The notes beneath the pieces are model-generated. The model worked only from the letters and a program-made list of their open reading frames with translations, did not search any database and had not been told where the DNA came from. Shown here piece after piece: positions 20,623 to 30,557 of a stretch of DNA of 64,000 bases. The position numbers and the translations under genes were made by a program. The stretch covers positions 1,024,001 through 1,088,000 of the forward strand of contig CAVOYH010000003.1 in the NCBI GenBank assembly GCA_963700635.1, read 5' to 3'. The stretch comes from an uncultured Bacteroidota bacterium. Its GTDB lineage: Bacteria > Bacteroidota > Ignavibacteria > UBA10030 > UBA6906. Each line of letters starts with the position of its first letter. The stretch's first letter is position 1.

Positions 20623-21681
20623 TCAGTTCCGGTCCAGGAGGAGGCGTGCTGCAGTGACGACATCTGATTCACGAATATCCTGCATACATCGGAAATGTCC
20701 GCGCGGACAGGACGCCTGTCCGATAGCGGTGCAGGGCCGGCACGGGAGTCCGGGGTGCTCTACCACCCGGGCCTCCTTTCCGGCGGGAAAAAAACCGAAT
20801 TGACGAACGGTTGGCCCGAATACCGCAACCACCGGCCGTCTCCGGGCTGATGCAAGATGCATTAATCCGGTGTCATTGGAGAGGACGACCGCACAACGAT
20901 CCATTGCTGCCGCCGTTTCCAGAAGCGAAAGCGTTCCCGCGCAATTGTACACCGGTGTGCCCGGTAAAACCTTCTTGATCTGTGAACCGATCATTGCGCA
21001 CCGCTCGTGTTCAGCGGCAGATCCGAACAGAAGGATGGGCAAACCGTATGTGCGGGCCAGCGTTGCGGCGGCGGAGGCAAATCGTTCCGGCAGCCACATT
21101 TTAGTCGCGTGCCGCGCTGAAGGGCAGAGCCCCAGCAGCCGGGCGCCCGGAGGTATATCCGCAGACTTCAGCACCTGGCCAAGTGATGTTTGAGCGGCAT
21201 CCGGAACAAAAATTTCAACCCCCAATCCGTCATTGACAATGCCAAGTGTGCGTACCGGCTCCAGATACCGTTCGGTGATTGGAGGGGCCCCTCCGGTCCA
21301 TTTGAATATGTCAGTCTTGCCGTGTATCAACACAAAACGGGCGAGCCGTCGTTTGCGGTACCGGAGGACGGGGGTGGGGCCACAGCACAGCACGCGGCTC
21401 CGGATGCTGTCGTGCATGTCAAGAATCACATCATACCGGGATGCCTGAATCTGCGTGCGGATTCGCCGCAGATCTGCAGAGGTGCCGCCGGTTGGAAACA
21501 GCAGCGTCTGCGAAAGATGCGGATTGTGCCGGACGAGGTCGGCGTATTCCTCTTTGACCAGGAAGTCGATGCGGCTGTGCGGATACCGGGCACGCAGCGT
21601 GCGAATGAGCGGTGACGTGAGGATGATATCGCCGACGGAACTAAACCGGATGATTAATGTTGTAGTCAGTATGCGATCCAT
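20623..21681 (-). CDS. GT9 lipopolysaccharide heptosyltransferase (WaaF-like)
   Basis: IIRFSSVGDIILTSP, KMW...F, SNDTGLMHLA, VFGPT, CRPC...CP...C; the ORF's N-terminal extension overlaps an opposite-strand gene, so start trimmed to MDRILT. Confidence 0.9.
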   Translation of the reverse strand: MDRILTTTLIIRFSSVGDIILTSPLIRTLRARYPHSRIDFLVKEEYADLVRHNPHLSQTLLFPTGGTSADLRRIRTQIQASRYDVILDMHDSIRSRVLCCGPTPVLRYRKRRLARFVLIHGKTDIFKWTGGAPPITERYLEPVRTLGIVNDGLGVEIFVPDAAQTSLGQVLKSADIPPGARLLGLCPSARHATKMWLPERFASAAATLARTYGLPILLFGSAAEHERCAMIGSQIKKVLPGTPVYNCAGTLSLLETAAAMDRCAVVLSNDTGLMHLASARRRPVVAVFGPTVRQFGFFPAGKEARVVEHPGLPCRPCTAIGQASCPRGHFRCMQDIRESDVVTAARLLLDRN

Positions 21682-21723
21682 GCCGGCTTTTGACAATTGT
21701 ACCACTTTTCTGCAGCAATTGCA

Positions 21724-23283
21724 ATGAACCCACGCGCACAGGCACCACCCATCGGTATCCGGAAAGAACCCCGGCTGGCTCCCACTCTGGGAGAACTCCG
21801 GGAAAGCGGGTACCAGGTAAGACCGGTTCGGGATGAACTCCGGGAAAACCTCATCATCCGCCTCCATTCCGGCACACCTCTCTTTCCGGACATCATCGGC
21901 TACGACCACACCGTGATTCCGGCACTGATCAACGCCATCCTGGCAAAACACGATATTATTCTTCTGGGGCTCAGGGGACAGGCGAAGTCCCGGATTGCGA
22001 GGCAGTTGTACACGCTGCTGGACGAATATGTGCCCGTGATCAGGGGCAGCGAGATCAACGATAACCCGTTCGCACCCGTCAGCAAATACGCGGTTGATCT
22101 GGTTGCCGGCATGGCGGATCAAACCCCGATTGAGTGGCTCCACAGGAGCCAGCGATACGGCGAAAAACTGGCCACCCCGGACGTGACGATCGCTGATCTT
22201 ATCGGCGATATCGACCCGATCAAAGCGGCAGCCCAGCGATTACACTATGCCCATGAAGGGGCAATACACTTTGGCATCGTCCCTCGCACGAACCGGGGGA
22301 TTTTTGCGATTAACGAACTGCCCGATCTCCAACCGCGGATCCAGGTTGGCCTCTTTAACATCCTTGAAGAAAAGGACATCCAGATCCGCGGATTCAACGT
22401 CCGTATCCCGCTTGACGTCGTCCTTGTGTTTACGGCGAATCCTGAAGACTATACAAACAGGGGAAACATTATCACGCCCCTGAAAGACCGTATCGACTCC
22501 CAGATCCTGACTCACTATCCACGATCGATGGATGATGCGATCCGGATCACGGAACAGGAAGCACATATCTCGCGTGATGGAAGGGAAATCCGTATTCCCC
22601 GATTTTTCAAGGAGATTATCGAACAGATTGCATTCGAAGCGCGCAAGAGCGAGTATGTGGATCAGAAATCGGGCGTGAGCGCACGGTTGACCATCGCTGC
22701 CATGGAGAATCTTGTCAGCAATGCCGAACGTCGCGCCATCCTGCGCGGGGAATCCGTGGCGATTCCGCGGATGTGCGATCTCCCCCATGTGCTCCCGGGT
22801 CTCACCGGAAAAATCGAACTGGTCTTTGAAGGTGAACAGGAAGGAAGCGTAAAAGTCGGGAAGGCGCTCGTCGGGAAAGCTGTGCGCGAGGTGTTCAAAC
22901 AGTATTTCCCCGATCCTCTTCGCAAGCGCGTGCGCAAAACACCGGACAAGGACCCTGCGCGCCAGCACGAGGAAGTGAACGAGTTTACAGAGATTGTCGG
23001 CTGGTTCGAGGCCGGGAACAGAATTGAAGTGGGCGACGATATGCCTTCCGCAGAATACCGCCGCACTCTTGAACGGGTGAAGGGTCTGCGTGAGTTCGTC
23101 CGGCGACATATGCCGGACCTGAATCCGGAGTACGAAATGCCTGTGGTGATGGAGTTCGTGCTCGACGGGATGCACCAGAATTCCAGGATTGCCAAAGACG
23201 AAAAAGACCACACCACGGCCTATAAAGACATGGTGGGGAGTATCTTCTCGGTGCATAACAGCATGCGGGAGGAGGAGGAATAA
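21724..23283 (+). CDS. Magnesium-chelatase-like AAA+ ATPase (partner of the vWA protein)
   Basis: LGLRGQAKS, EKLATPD...DLIGDIDPIK, INELPDL, TANPEDYTNRG. Confidence 0.9.
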   Translation: MNPRAQAPPIGIRKEPRLAPTLGELRESGYQVRPVRDELRENLIIRLHSGTPLFPDIIGYDHTVIPALINAILAKHDIILLGLRGQAKSRIARQLYTLLDEYVPVIRGSEINDNPFAPVSKYAVDLVAGMADQTPIEWLHRSQRYGEKLATPDVTIADLIGDIDPIKAAAQRLHYAHEGAIHFGIVPRTNRGIFAINELPDLQPRIQVGLFNILEEKDIQIRGFNVRIPLDVVLVFTANPEDYTNRGNIITPLKDRIDSQILTHYPRSMDDAIRITEQEAHISRDGREIRIPRFFKEIIEQIAFEARKSEYVDQKSGVSARLTIAAMENLVSNAERRAILRGESVAIPRMCDLPHVLPGLTGKIELVFEGEQEGSVKVGKALVGKAVREVFKQYFPDPLRKRVRKTPDKDPARQHEEVNEFTEIVGWFEAGNRIEVGDDMPSAEYRRTLERVKGLREFVRRHMPDLNPEYEMPVVMEFVLDGMHQNSRIAKDEKDHTTAYKDMVGSIFSVHNSMREEEE

Positions 23284-23288
23284 CGGCG

Positions 23289-24386
23289 ATGCGATTCCGG
23301 TACAGTGTGTGGCGTCCTGAATCGGCCACGGACGAACAACGTCTCAAGCAACTGATCTCACTCTTCAACGCCCTCGCCACACATACCAGTGGCGATGTGG
23401 AAGAAGCCCTGCAATGGCTCAAACAGCTCGGGGAAGAATATGGCCTGTTCGACGAGGAGATGACCCTTGAGGATCTCATCAACAAACTCCGCGAGATGGG
23501 ATTGATCGAGGACGCACCGACGGGAATCGAACTCACATCTACAGGGATACGGCGCATCCGGCAGGACGCCCTGAACGAAATTTTTAGCTCGCTGAAGAAA
23601 GACACCCTCGGATCCCACGAATCACCGTTTACCGGAAAGGGTGTAGACCGGCTCGGCGAAACACGGAAGTTCACATTCGGCGACCAGCCCACCAATATCG
23701 ATCTGACGTCCACCCTCACCAACGCCTTCCGGCGCGACGGCATTGATGATTTTACCCTGAAAGAAGATGACTTCGAGGTCTACGAGACCGAACATCAGAC
23801 CAGCTGCGCGACGGTGCTGATGATCGATATCAGCCACAGTATGATCCTCTACGGCGAGGACCGTATTACACCTGCCAAGCAGGTGGCTCTTGCGCTTTCC
23901 GAACTGATCATGACCCGGTTTCCAAAGGACTATCTCGCCCTCGTCAGTTTCGGGGACGACGCACAACTCTTGAGCGTGAACGAGCTGCCGTTTCTCACGG
24001 TCGGTCCATTTCACACAAACACGCGCGCGGGTTTGCAGCTGGCCCGCAATCTCCTCCGGCGGCGGGGGAATGTGAACAAACAGATTTTTATGGTGACGGA
24101 TGGAAAGCCCTCCGCCATCACATTACCCTCAGGAAAAGTCTACAAGAACGCGTTCGGGTTGGATCCGCGGGTGGTCAACAAGACGCTGGATGAAGCCGTC
24201 GCGTGCAGGAGGGAGAGAATCCCCATCACCACCTTCATGGTCGCACGGGATCCCTATCTCATCAACTTTGTGGAAGAGCTGACGCAGGCAAACCAGGGCC
24301 GGGCATACTACTCCAACCTTGGCAACCTGGGCGAGATGGTGTTTGTGGATTACATCCGCAACAGAAGGAAAAAATTCGCAAGCTAG
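23289..24386 (+). CDS. von Willebrand factor A domain protein
   Basis: MIDAS DISHSM, HTNT, MVTDGKP; coupled to the AAA+ gene. Confidence 0.9.
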   Translation: MRFRYSVWRPESATDEQRLKQLISLFNALATHTSGDVEEALQWLKQLGEEYGLFDEEMTLEDLINKLREMGLIEDAPTGIELTSTGIRRIRQDALNEIFSSLKKDTLGSHESPFTGKGVDRLGETRKFTFGDQPTNIDLTSTLTNAFRRDGIDDFTLKEDDFEVYETEHQTSCATVLMIDISHSMILYGEDRITPAKQVALALSELIMTRFPKDYLALVSFGDDAQLLSVNELPFLTVGPFHTNTRAGLQLARNLLRRRGNVNKQIFMVTDGKPSAITLPSGKVYKNAFGLDPRVVNKTLDEAVACRRERIPITTFMVARDPYLINFVEELTQANQGRAYYSNLGNLGEMVFVDYIRNRRKKFAS

Positions 24387-24487
24387 TTGCCCCGTGTGAT
24401 GTTTTCCCCTCTTCCCCCCCCTCATCCAGTCGAGAGACCAGCGCCGCGGAACTTGAATATCAGAGGGAATTTCCGCAATTTACTGCC

Positions 24488-25240
24488 ATGCTCCTCGTTA
24501 TTCCTGCAGTCGACATAAAAGGCGGCCGCTCTGTCCAGATGGTGCAGGGCGTGGAAGGGTTTGCGTATTCCGACGATCCTGTTGAAATGGCACGCCTGTG
24601 CCGGCTCGAAAACGCCAAGGCGCTGCACGTAACGGATATCGACGGCGCGAGAGAAGGGCGTCTGATCAATATTGAAACCATCAAACGTATGGTAGAGCGT
24701 GTGGATATCCCCATTGCGCTCGGTGGCGGATTACGGACCGTCGATGAGGTCAAAAAGGCGTTTGACCTGGGTGTGTACCGCGTGAGGGTCGGGACGATGC
24801 TCATCGAGCATCCGGAGGAAGCAAAACAGCTGATCGACCTCTATGGGCCCAGCAAGGTCATCCTCGGTATCGACGCAATGGACGGCATTGTCGCGACGAA
24901 CGGGTGGGTGGAATCGTCCGGATTGACAGCCATGACGGTGGCATTAAATGCCAGAGCGCTCGGATTCACACGGATGGTGTATACCGATATCCGTTTGGAC
25001 GGCACGCTGCGCGGTGTAGATCTTCCCGCGCTGTGTTCGCTGGCGAAAAAGTCCGGACTGCGCATTACCGCATCCGGTGGTGTGGGTGGTCTTGAAGATC
25101 TGCTGAAGATCCAGGAGCTCGAGCCGTGCGGCGTGGATTCTGTGGTCATCGGCCGGGCATTGTATCAGAATAAATTCTCCTGCCAGGCGCTCTGGCGAAT
25201 GTGCGAGGCACGCGATTACCCGTACACAGCAAAGGTCTGA
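24488..25240 (+). CDS. hisA: ProFAR isomerase
   Basis: IPAVDIKGG, HVTDIDGA, GGGLR, YTDIRLDGTL, ASGG, IGRALY; start trimmed to MLLVIP. Confidence 0.92.
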   Translation: MLLVIPAVDIKGGRSVQMVQGVEGFAYSDDPVEMARLCRLENAKALHVTDIDGAREGRLINIETIKRMVERVDIPIALGGGLRTVDEVKKAFDLGVYRVRVGTMLIEHPEEAKQLIDLYGPSKVILGIDAMDGIVATNGWVESSGLTAMTVALNARALGFTRMVYTDIRLDGTLRGVDLPALCSLAKKSGLRITASGGVGGLEDLLKIQELEPCGVDSVVIGRALYQNKFSCQALWRMCEARDYPYTAKV

Positions 25241-25241
25241 C

Positions 25242-25700
25242 ATGAAAAAAGTAGCCATTCTTCTGGGCAGTACCTCCGATGAAGAGGTGATGAAAGGGTG
25301 CACCGAGTACCTGACAAAGTTTGGTATTCCGTACGACCTTAAGATTTCTTCGGCGCACAGGCAGCCGGAGGCAACCGCGGCATTTGTCAAGGATGCAGAG
25401 CGGAACGGATATGGGATCATCATTGCCGCCGCCGGGATGGCGGCACATCTGCCGGGGGTTGCTGCGGCATATACGACGCTGCCTGTGATCGGCGTCCCGC
25501 TTGCCGGATCTGAATTACGCGGTGTGGATGCATTGTATTCCATCGTACAAATGCCGGCTGGAATCCCCGTTGCGACAGTGGCCATTGGGTCCGCGGGGGC
25601 AAAAAACGCGGCGGTTCTGGCCGCGCAGATTCTTGCCCTTTCCGATTCCGCTCTTGGTGACAAGGTGCGCGAATTCCGCGCAAAAGGCGCAAAGTTCTGA
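25242..25700 (+). CDS. purE: N5-CAIR mutase
   Basis: GSTSD, SAHRQP, AGMAAHLPG, PVIGVP, QMPAGIPVATV. Confidence 0.97.
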   Translation: MKKVAILLGSTSDEEVMKGCTEYLTKFGIPYDLKISSAHRQPEATAAFVKDAERNGYGIIIAAAGMAAHLPGVAAAYTTLPVIGVPLAGSELRGVDALYSIVQMPAGIPVATVAIGSAGAKNAAVLAAQILALSDSALGDKVREFRAKGAKF

Positions 25701-25701
25701 C

Positions 25702-26568
25702 ATGAAACTGCTTCTTCTCGGCCACCTCTCACTTGATGTCCTGCATACCCCCGACGGCAATGAACACGAAGAAGGGGGAGGCCTCTTTCGCGCTCTCGCC
25801 ACACTCTCCGCCGGAGCTGAAAAAAACGACAGGTTTTTCCCGGTTGCGAGCGTGGGAAAAAAGGAAGCACCTTCGATCCGCGAACGTCTTGCCGCACTCT
25901 CCGGGGTTGAAACCGATGGTATCTTTGTCAATGATACACCCGTCCATCGTGTTCATTACTACTTCCGCAATACTGAGGATTTTGTTGAGTGTGCGAAGGA
26001 GCTTGCCCCGCCGATTCCGTTTACCAGGATCCGGCCGCATCTGCATGTGGATGGAATCCTGATTAATATGATCTCGGGGGTTGATATCACGCTCGACACG
26101 CTCGATGAGATTCGTATGGCGGTCCGGGGCGAAACAATCCCGATCCATCTGGATTTCCATTCGCTTACGCTCGGCGTTAATGACCGGCACGAACGGTTCC
26201 GTCGGCCGCTTCCTGATTGGCGCCGGTGGGCGTTTATGATCGATACGATCCAGATGAATGAGGAAGAAGTGGCGGGGCTTTCAGAAGAGGTGATGACGGA
26301 ACAGCAAAGGGTCGGCCACATGCTGACGCTGGGTGTAAAAGGTGTGATTGTGACCCGAGGCAGACGCGGAGCTTCCGTGTATGTCAACAAACTCAAAAAA
26401 GTGGTTCGGACAGACATCCCGGGCGCGGAAAACGGCAGCCCCGTGTCGCATGTCGGCAGGGGCGATGTGTTCGGCGCGGCATTCCTCTACCACTCTATAA
26501 GAAACCACGATCTTGTTGCTGCAGCACACTATGCTCACACGGTGGCTGCGGCCCCGGGAACAACGTAA
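25702..26568 (+). CDS. PfkB-family carbohydrate kinase-like protein
   Basis: GHLSLD, QMNEEE, VTRGRRGA, VGRGDVFGAAF; start at ATG 25702. Confidence 0.8.
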   Translation: MKLLLLGHLSLDVLHTPDGNEHEEGGGLFRALATLSAGAEKNDRFFPVASVGKKEAPSIRERLAALSGVETDGIFVNDTPVHRVHYYFRNTEDFVECAKELAPPIPFTRIRPHLHVDGILINMISGVDITLDTLDEIRMAVRGETIPIHLDFHSLTLGVNDRHERFRRPLPDWRRWAFMIDTIQMNEEEVAGLSEEVMTEQQRVGHMLTLGVKGVIVTRGRRGASVYVNKLKKVVRTDIPGAENGSPVSHVGRGDVFGAAFLYHSIRNHDLVAAAHYAHTVAAAPGTT

Positions 26569-26574
26569 CCGCTC

Positions 26575-27489
26575 ATGGAAATTGAACGTATTCTCGTCGT
26601 TGGCAGCAACGGGCTCCTCGGCCAGAAGGTGGCTGAACAACTCGTCCGGGGCTCGAACTACCACGTCACGCTGGTTTCGATCGAAGACAATCCTGTGCGG
26701 ACCATTGCCGCGGCTCCCTATATCGCCGTGGATATGACCAACCGCAAGCAGGTGCGGGATGTTGCAGGCGCGGTGAATGCCGAAGTGATCATCAATTGCG
26801 CAGCAATGACCAACGTGGACGCATGCGAGACCGAACGGGAGATGGCATGGAAGGTCAACGTGGGAGGTGTCGAGCATCTGGTCGAGGCGGCGCGTAAAAA
26901 CAACGCAATGATCCTTCATGTATCAAGTGATTATGTTTTTGATGGCAAAGCCGGACCGTACAGTGAGGACGATCGTCCGGAACCGCTGAGCTACTACGGG
27001 AAGTCCAAACTGGCCAGCGAGAATATTGTCCGGACTTCCGGGCTGCGGTACTTCATTGCACGGACGATGGTGCTGTACGGACATGCAGAAGGCGTCAAAG
27101 ACAATTTTGCATTGTGGCTGATCAAGAGCCTTACGGATGGGAAGACCGTCCGGGTTGTGGACGATCAGATCGGTAATCCGACGCTGGTTGACGATCTTGC
27201 CTTTGGCATGGTGCGGGCGATGGAGCTCGGGAAAACGGGCCTGTATCACCTGGCCGGGCTCGACATCCAGAGCCGGTATGAATTTGCCACGATTCTTGCG
27301 CGTGTCTTCGGTCTGAATGGAAAATTGATCCATCCGATAAAAACTTCCCAACTCAAGCAACCGGCGGCACGCCCGCTCAACTCGGGATTGCTCACACTCA
27401 AGGCGGAGGTGGACCTCGGGTTTAAGGCATCATCGGCCGAGCAAGGGTTGACCGTTCTAAAAACACAGCTTGCCAGGGCCGCGCGGTGA
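26575..27489 (+). CDS. rfbD: dTDP-4-dehydrorhamnose reductase
   Basis: GSNGLLG, NCAAMTNVDACE, SSDYVFDG, YGKSK, DQIGNPT. Confidence 0.92.
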   Translation: MEIERILVVGSNGLLGQKVAEQLVRGSNYHVTLVSIEDNPVRTIAAAPYIAVDMTNRKQVRDVAGAVNAEVIINCAAMTNVDACETEREMAWKVNVGGVEHLVEAARKNNAMILHVSSDYVFDGKAGPYSEDDRPEPLSYYGKSKLASENIVRTSGLRYFIARTMVLYGHAEGVKDNFALWLIKSLTDGKTVRVVDDQIGNPTLVDDLAFGMVRAMELGKTGLYHLAGLDIQSRYEFATILARVFGLNGKLIHPIKTSQLKQPAARPLNSGLLTLKAEVDLGFKASSAEQGLTVLKTQLARAAR

Positions 27490-27523
27490 ACGTGTACTCT
27501 CGCACACCGGAAAGTATCATGTT

Positions 27524-28792
27524 ATGCTCGATATAAAGATTCTTCGCGAACAATCAGACGTCGTCCGTGCCGGCGTCCGGAGGAAGGGTGAAGATCCCTC
27601 CCTTGTTGACAGGGCGCTGGAATGTGACCAGCAGCGGCGCCATCTCCTGCAGAAGGGGGAAACGCTAAAAAGCCGGAAAAACACCGCCTCCCAGCAGGTC
27701 GCTGCGATGAAAGCGAAAAAGGAAGATGCGGCAGCCGTGATTGCGGAAATGCGCGGCGTAGCGGATGAGATCAAAACGCTCGACGATGAGTTACGGGTCG
27801 CGGAAGAATCGTTACGATCGGTGATGCTCCAGATTCCGAATCTTCCCGATCCTTCGGTCCCTGATGGCACGAGTCCGGCTGACAACAAACCGATCTCGTT
27901 GTGGGGCGAACCGCCCGTGATCGACTTTGCTCCGAAGCCCCATTGGGATTTGATCAAGTCGCTGGGAATTGTGGATTTCGACCGGGGCACAAAGATCACC
28001 GGCGCCGGCTTTCCCGTGTATGTGGGAAAAGGCGCACGGCTTGAGCGTGCGCTTATCTCATTCTTCCTGGATTATGCGGTGAACGCGGGGTATACCGAAC
28101 TCCTTCCTCCGCTTCTGGTCAATGAGGTCAGTGCCACCGGAACCGGGCAGCTGCCCGATAAAGAGGGACAGATGTACGTTACCCAGGCGGACCAGCTGTA
28201 TCTTGTCCCGACGGCGGAAGTTCCCGTGACAAATTTCTATCGCGACGAAATAATCCCGGAAGAACATCTTCCGGTCCGTTTATGCGCATATACGCCCTGT
28301 TTTCGCCGTGAAGCTGGATCGTACGGCAAGGACGTTCGTGGTTTGAATCGGTTACACCAGTTTGATAAAGTAGAACTTGTGAACCTGGTGCACCCTTCGG
28401 CATCCGCCGGAGCGCTCGAAGTAATGCGCGCACATGCAGAAGAACTCCTGAGGAAACTTGGACTGCACTATCGTGTGTTACTAATGTGTGCAGCGGATCT
28501 GGGGTTTACCCAGACGAAGAAGTACGATCTGGAGGTCTGGTCTGTGGGGCAACAACGTTGGCTGGAGGTTTCCTCGGTGAGCAATTTTGAATCGTATCAG
28601 GCGCGCCGCCTGAATATCCGGTACCGTCCCGGCGGAGGCGGCAAGCCCGAAATCGTTCACACGCTGAACGGCTCGGCCCTTGCGCTCCCGCGTATCGTGG
28701 CGGCCCTCCTGGAAAACTGCCAGACCCCGGAAGGAAAGGTCGTTCTTCCCTCGGTTCTGCATCCGTACACCGGTTTTGGCGTGATAGGCTGA
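27524..28792 (+). CDS. serS: Serine-tRNA ligase
   Basis: MLDIK, IPNLP, LVPTAEVP, FRREAGSYG, RLHQFDKVE, EVSSVSN, TLNGS. Confidence 0.98.
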   Translation: MLDIKILREQSDVVRAGVRRKGEDPSLVDRALECDQQRRHLLQKGETLKSRKNTASQQVAAMKAKKEDAAAVIAEMRGVADEIKTLDDELRVAEESLRSVMLQIPNLPDPSVPDGTSPADNKPISLWGEPPVIDFAPKPHWDLIKSLGIVDFDRGTKITGAGFPVYVGKGARLERALISFFLDYAVNAGYTELLPPLLVNEVSATGTGQLPDKEGQMYVTQADQLYLVPTAEVPVTNFYRDEIIPEEHLPVRLCAYTPCFRREAGSYGKDVRGLNRLHQFDKVELVNLVHPSASAGALEVMRAHAEELLRKLGLHYRVLLMCAADLGFTQTKKYDLEVWSVGQQRWLEVSSVSNFESYQARRLNIRYRPGGGGKPEIVHTLNGSALALPRIVAALLENCQTPEGKVVLPSVLHPYTGFGVIG

Positions 28793-28796
28793 GCCG

Positions 28797-30557
28797 GTGA
28801 AATCGCTCCTCCGCCTTCTTCCATACCTCAGACGGTATCGAAAGCTTCTGCTCTGGGGAATTCTGGCTGTTGTGTTCAGCAACCTGTTTACCGTGGCACA
28901 GCCGCTCTTTATCGGACGGGCCATTGACGTGCTCAAGACCGGACTTGAAACCGGCCAGCTTGATTCGTCGGATCTGTTGATGTATGCACTTCTCGTTGTC
29001 GGGTTCTCTCTTATTTCCGGCTTTTTCTCGTTTTTGACGCGGCAGAGTATTATCGTTGTTTCCCGCCACATCGAGTACGACCTGCGGAACGATTTCCTTT
29101 CCCACATCCAGAAACTCTCCCTTTCATTCTTTCAGAAAACCCCCACCGGCGACCTGATGGCACACGCCACCAATGATATCAGCGCCGTGCGCAGCGTCCT
29201 GGGTCCGGGGATCATGTATCCCACGGATACCCTGATGACCTTCGTTATGGTGATAGGCATGATGCTGACGCTGGACTGGGAGCTGACGCTGCTGGGACTG
29301 GTCCCGCTGCCGTTTGTGTCGTTCGCCGTCTATCGACTCGGCAAGCTCGTACACAAGAAGTTCGAAGAGCGGCAGGAAAAGTACTCGGAACTGACAACGC
29401 GCGCCCAGGAGAACCTCTCGGGTATCCGGGTGGTGAAAGCATACGTGAGGGAACAGTATGAGACCGGACTCTTCCGGTCGCTGAGCCGGGAGTACCTGAA
29501 AAAAAATCTGGTCCTCGCGCGCGTCCAGTCTATCATGTGGCCGTTGATGTTTCTGCTTGTCGGGTTCTCTCTGATTCTCACGCTCTACTTCGGCGGCCTG
29601 AAGGTGATCAACGGTCAGATGAGTATCGGCATCCTGACGGCCTTTTTCGGATATCTGGTGATGCTCATCTGGCCCATGATTGCCTTCGGATGGGTGATCA
29701 ATCTGCTCCAGCAGGGGTCCGCGTCGATGAACCGGCTGGGGAAGATCATGGATACCGAACCGGAGATCAGAGATACCGCAGCCACGGATCACAGCATCAC
29801 GCACATCAACGGCAAAGTGGAATTCCGGCATGTGTCGTTCCGGCACGAGAACGCCCTTCGTAATACGCTGGAAGACGTCAGTCTCATACTCCCCGCCGGC
29901 TCCACGCTGGCCGTTGTCGGGTACACCGGTTCAGGAAAAAGTACGCTTGTCAATCTGCTCACCCGCCTGCTGGATGTCACGGGGGGGGAATTGTTTATTG
30001 ATGATCGGGACATCCGCCGGATCCCCCTCTCGGTACTCCGTTCCCATATCGGGTATGTTCCGCAGGAGACATTTCTCTTTTCGGAAACGATCGCAGACAA
30101 CATCCGGTATGGTGTTGATGCGAGTGATGAGCCGACCATCCGTGACGCCGCAGAGGTCGCCCAGCTCAGTAAAGACGTGGCAGACTTTCCGAAGCAATAC
30201 GCCACGATGCTCGGCGAGCGCGGCATCACGCTGTCGGGTGGGCAGAAGCAGCGCACCAGTATAGCCCGGGCAGTCATGCGGCAACCGTCGATCCTGATTC
30301 TGGATGATGCCCTGTCGGCCGTGGATACCTACACCGAAGAGGAAATCCTCAAACGGCTCCGGGGTGTGATGAAGGGACGCACGAGTATCCTGATCAGTCA
30401 CCGGATCTCCACGGTAAAAGATGCCGACATGATCGTCGTGCTGCATGAGGGCAGGATCGTCGAACGCGGCGTGCACGACACACTCGTCGCGGATGGCGGC
30501 ATCTATGCCGAGCTGCACCGTAAACAATTGTTGGAAGAAGAGATCGAGCACCTCTGA
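28797..30557 (+). CDS. ABC exporter, fused TMD-NBD (MdlA-like heterodimer subunit)
   Basis: TM domain, GYTGSGKS, LSGGQKQR, degenerate Walker B ILDD. Confidence 0.93.
   Translation: MKSLLRLLPYLRRYRKLLLWGILAVVFSNLFTVAQPLFIGRAIDVLKTGLETGQLDSSDLLMYALLVVGFSLISGFFSFLTRQSIIVVSRHIEYDLRNDFLSHIQKLSLSFFQKTPTGDLMAHATNDISAVRSVLGPGIMYPTDTLMTFVMVIGMMLTLDWELTLLGLVPLPFVSFAVYRLGKLVHKKFEERQEKYSELTTRAQENLSGIRVVKAYVREQYETGLFRSLSREYLKKNLVLARVQSIMWPLMFLLVGFSLILTLYFGGLKVINGQMSIGILTAFFGYLVMLIWPMIAFGWVINLLQQGSASMNRLGKIMDTEPEIRDTAATDHSITHINGKVEFRHVSFRHENALRNTLEDVSLILPAGSTLAVVGYTGSGKSTLVNLLTRLLDVTGGELFIDDRDIRRIPLSVLRSHIGYVPQETFLFSETIADNIRYGVDASDEPTIRDAAEVAQLSKDVADFPKQYATMLGERGITLSGGQKQRTSIARAVMRQPSILILDDALSAVDTYTEEEILKRLRGVMKGRTSILISHRISTVKDADMIVVLHEGRIVERGVHDTLVADGGIYAELHRKQLLEEEIEHL

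Noticed and set aside
21682-22143. 153-aa N-terminal extension of the GT9 ORF
   Set aside because: Overlaps the divergent AAA+ gene; the GT9 motif starts at MDRILT (21681).
21724-24386. Bacteriochlorophyll magnesium chelatase
   Set aside because: Matches the generic AAA+/vWA pair; no chelatase H subunit or photosynthesis genes in the window.
24203-24487. Long N-terminal extensions of hisA (also priA, PfkB, DUF1800, DUF1501)
   Set aside because: Result of choosing the most upstream start; they overlap neighbours or lack homologous character.
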